A DNA stretch of 64,000 nt from a virus: IMG/VR virus record IMGVR_UViG_3300005095_000173, positions 1 to 64,000 of that record; one strand, written 5' to 3'. The notes beneath the pieces were generated by a model. The model worked only from the letters and a program-made list of their open reading frames with translations, did no database searches and was not told the DNA's origin. Numbering within the stretch: the stretch's first letter is position 1; the number at the start of each line of letters is the position of its first letter. The position numbers and the translations under genes were made by a program. Positions 63,483 to 64,000 of this stretch are shown piece by piece.

Positions 63483-64000
63483 CTAAAATCTACTCCAAAA
63501 TTGATTGGCTATTCTATCCCAATCAAAATAATCAGAATTAAATTTGTTCTCTGTATCCTTAGCTACTTTATCATAAAAATGTTTATCTGAGTATAACTTA
63601 TTCATTGCCTCTGCAACATCATTTGGATGTACTAGACTAAATTCAGTATTTGTTACTGGAGCTGCAATTTCCAATACTGGGTCAACAGTAACACCAATAT
63701 CACCAAACAATTCTCCACTCGCTGAATTATTAGGAACAATTTGTGGAACACCCAGTTTTCCCATTTCGATAGCTGTAAGACCAAAACCCTCTCCCTCAGA
63801 AGTATTAACTCCAACATCAGCTATATTGAATATTTGGTTTAATACTTCATCTGGGACTGTTTGAATTCCTGGAGACATACTCGTAAGTATTAGTTTATCT
63901 TCTATCCCATATCTCTTGGCTAGTTTTACTAAATCCCAGCCAGAATCTTTTACTCCCATGTGGAGATACAATCTTACATCGTCTTTATCTTTAGCAAAAA
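63483..64000 (-). CDS. GT4-family glycosyltransferase (5' end outside window)
   Basis: LNQIFNIADVGVNTSEGEGFGLTAIE, FDWDRIA. Confidence 0.9.
   Translation of the reverse strand, partial: FAKDKDDVRLYLHMGVKDSGWDLVKLAKRYGIEDKLILTSMSPGIQTVPDEVLNQIFNIADVGVNTSEGEGFGLTAIEMGKLGVPQIVPNNSASGELFGDIGVTVDPVLEIAAPVTNTEFSLVHPNDVAEAMNKLYSDKHFYDKVAKDTENKFNSDYFDWDRIANQFWSRF

Noticed and set aside
1-64000. Assigning a host taxon
   Set aside because: Strong SD sequences, sigmaA-type promoters, GH25 lysin without evident spanins and NrdJ hint at a monoderm, possibly anaerobic host, but nothing in the window is diagnostic.

Overview
This is a 64-kb segment of a large, AT-rich tailed dsDNA bacteriophage, probably a siphovirus (tail tube, chaperones and tape measure are present, no sheath was seen). 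No integrase, capsid, terminase or DNA polymerase lies in the window. Layout: (1) 1-11.7 kb, + strand: replication and recombination genes (SSB-like, DnaB, Hjc-type resolvase, Cas4-like nuclease, exonuclease, dNMP kinase), two tRNAs, two DNA methyltransferases and a tmRNA-like mini-RNA. (2) 11.7-13.4 kb: mostly non-coding, with G-tracts, hairpins, three Rex/CRP-like boxes and a GC-rich gene; it looks like a genome end or pre-early region. (3) 13.4-31.2 kb, + strand: early/accessory genes, including a phiEco32-like amidoligase/ATP-grasp/amidotransferase cluster, a RuvB-like ATPase and a fused Pnkp-RNA ligase. (4) 31.3-64 kb, - strand: nucleotide metabolism (NrdJ with a mini-intein, dUTPase, ThyX with an HNH intein), primase, a tRNA cluster around a TROVE/vWA (DUF2828, Ro60-like) gene, endolysin, glycosyltransferases and tail genes. 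The best candidate for an undescribed system is at 40.5-42.5 kb. There a dedicated consensus promoter drives five ~60-nt hairpin RNAs that share a UUC(C/A)GCAA motif and flank the Ro60-like gene. One hairpin buries that gene's Shine-Dalgarno sequence, and two present anticodon-arm-like 7-nt loops. The second candidate is a 77-nt RNA at 9418-9494 shaped like an isolated tmRNA tRNA-like domain (G3:U70, A73, no D-stem, no tag ORF). All product calls come from motif recognition by eye; no database search was run.
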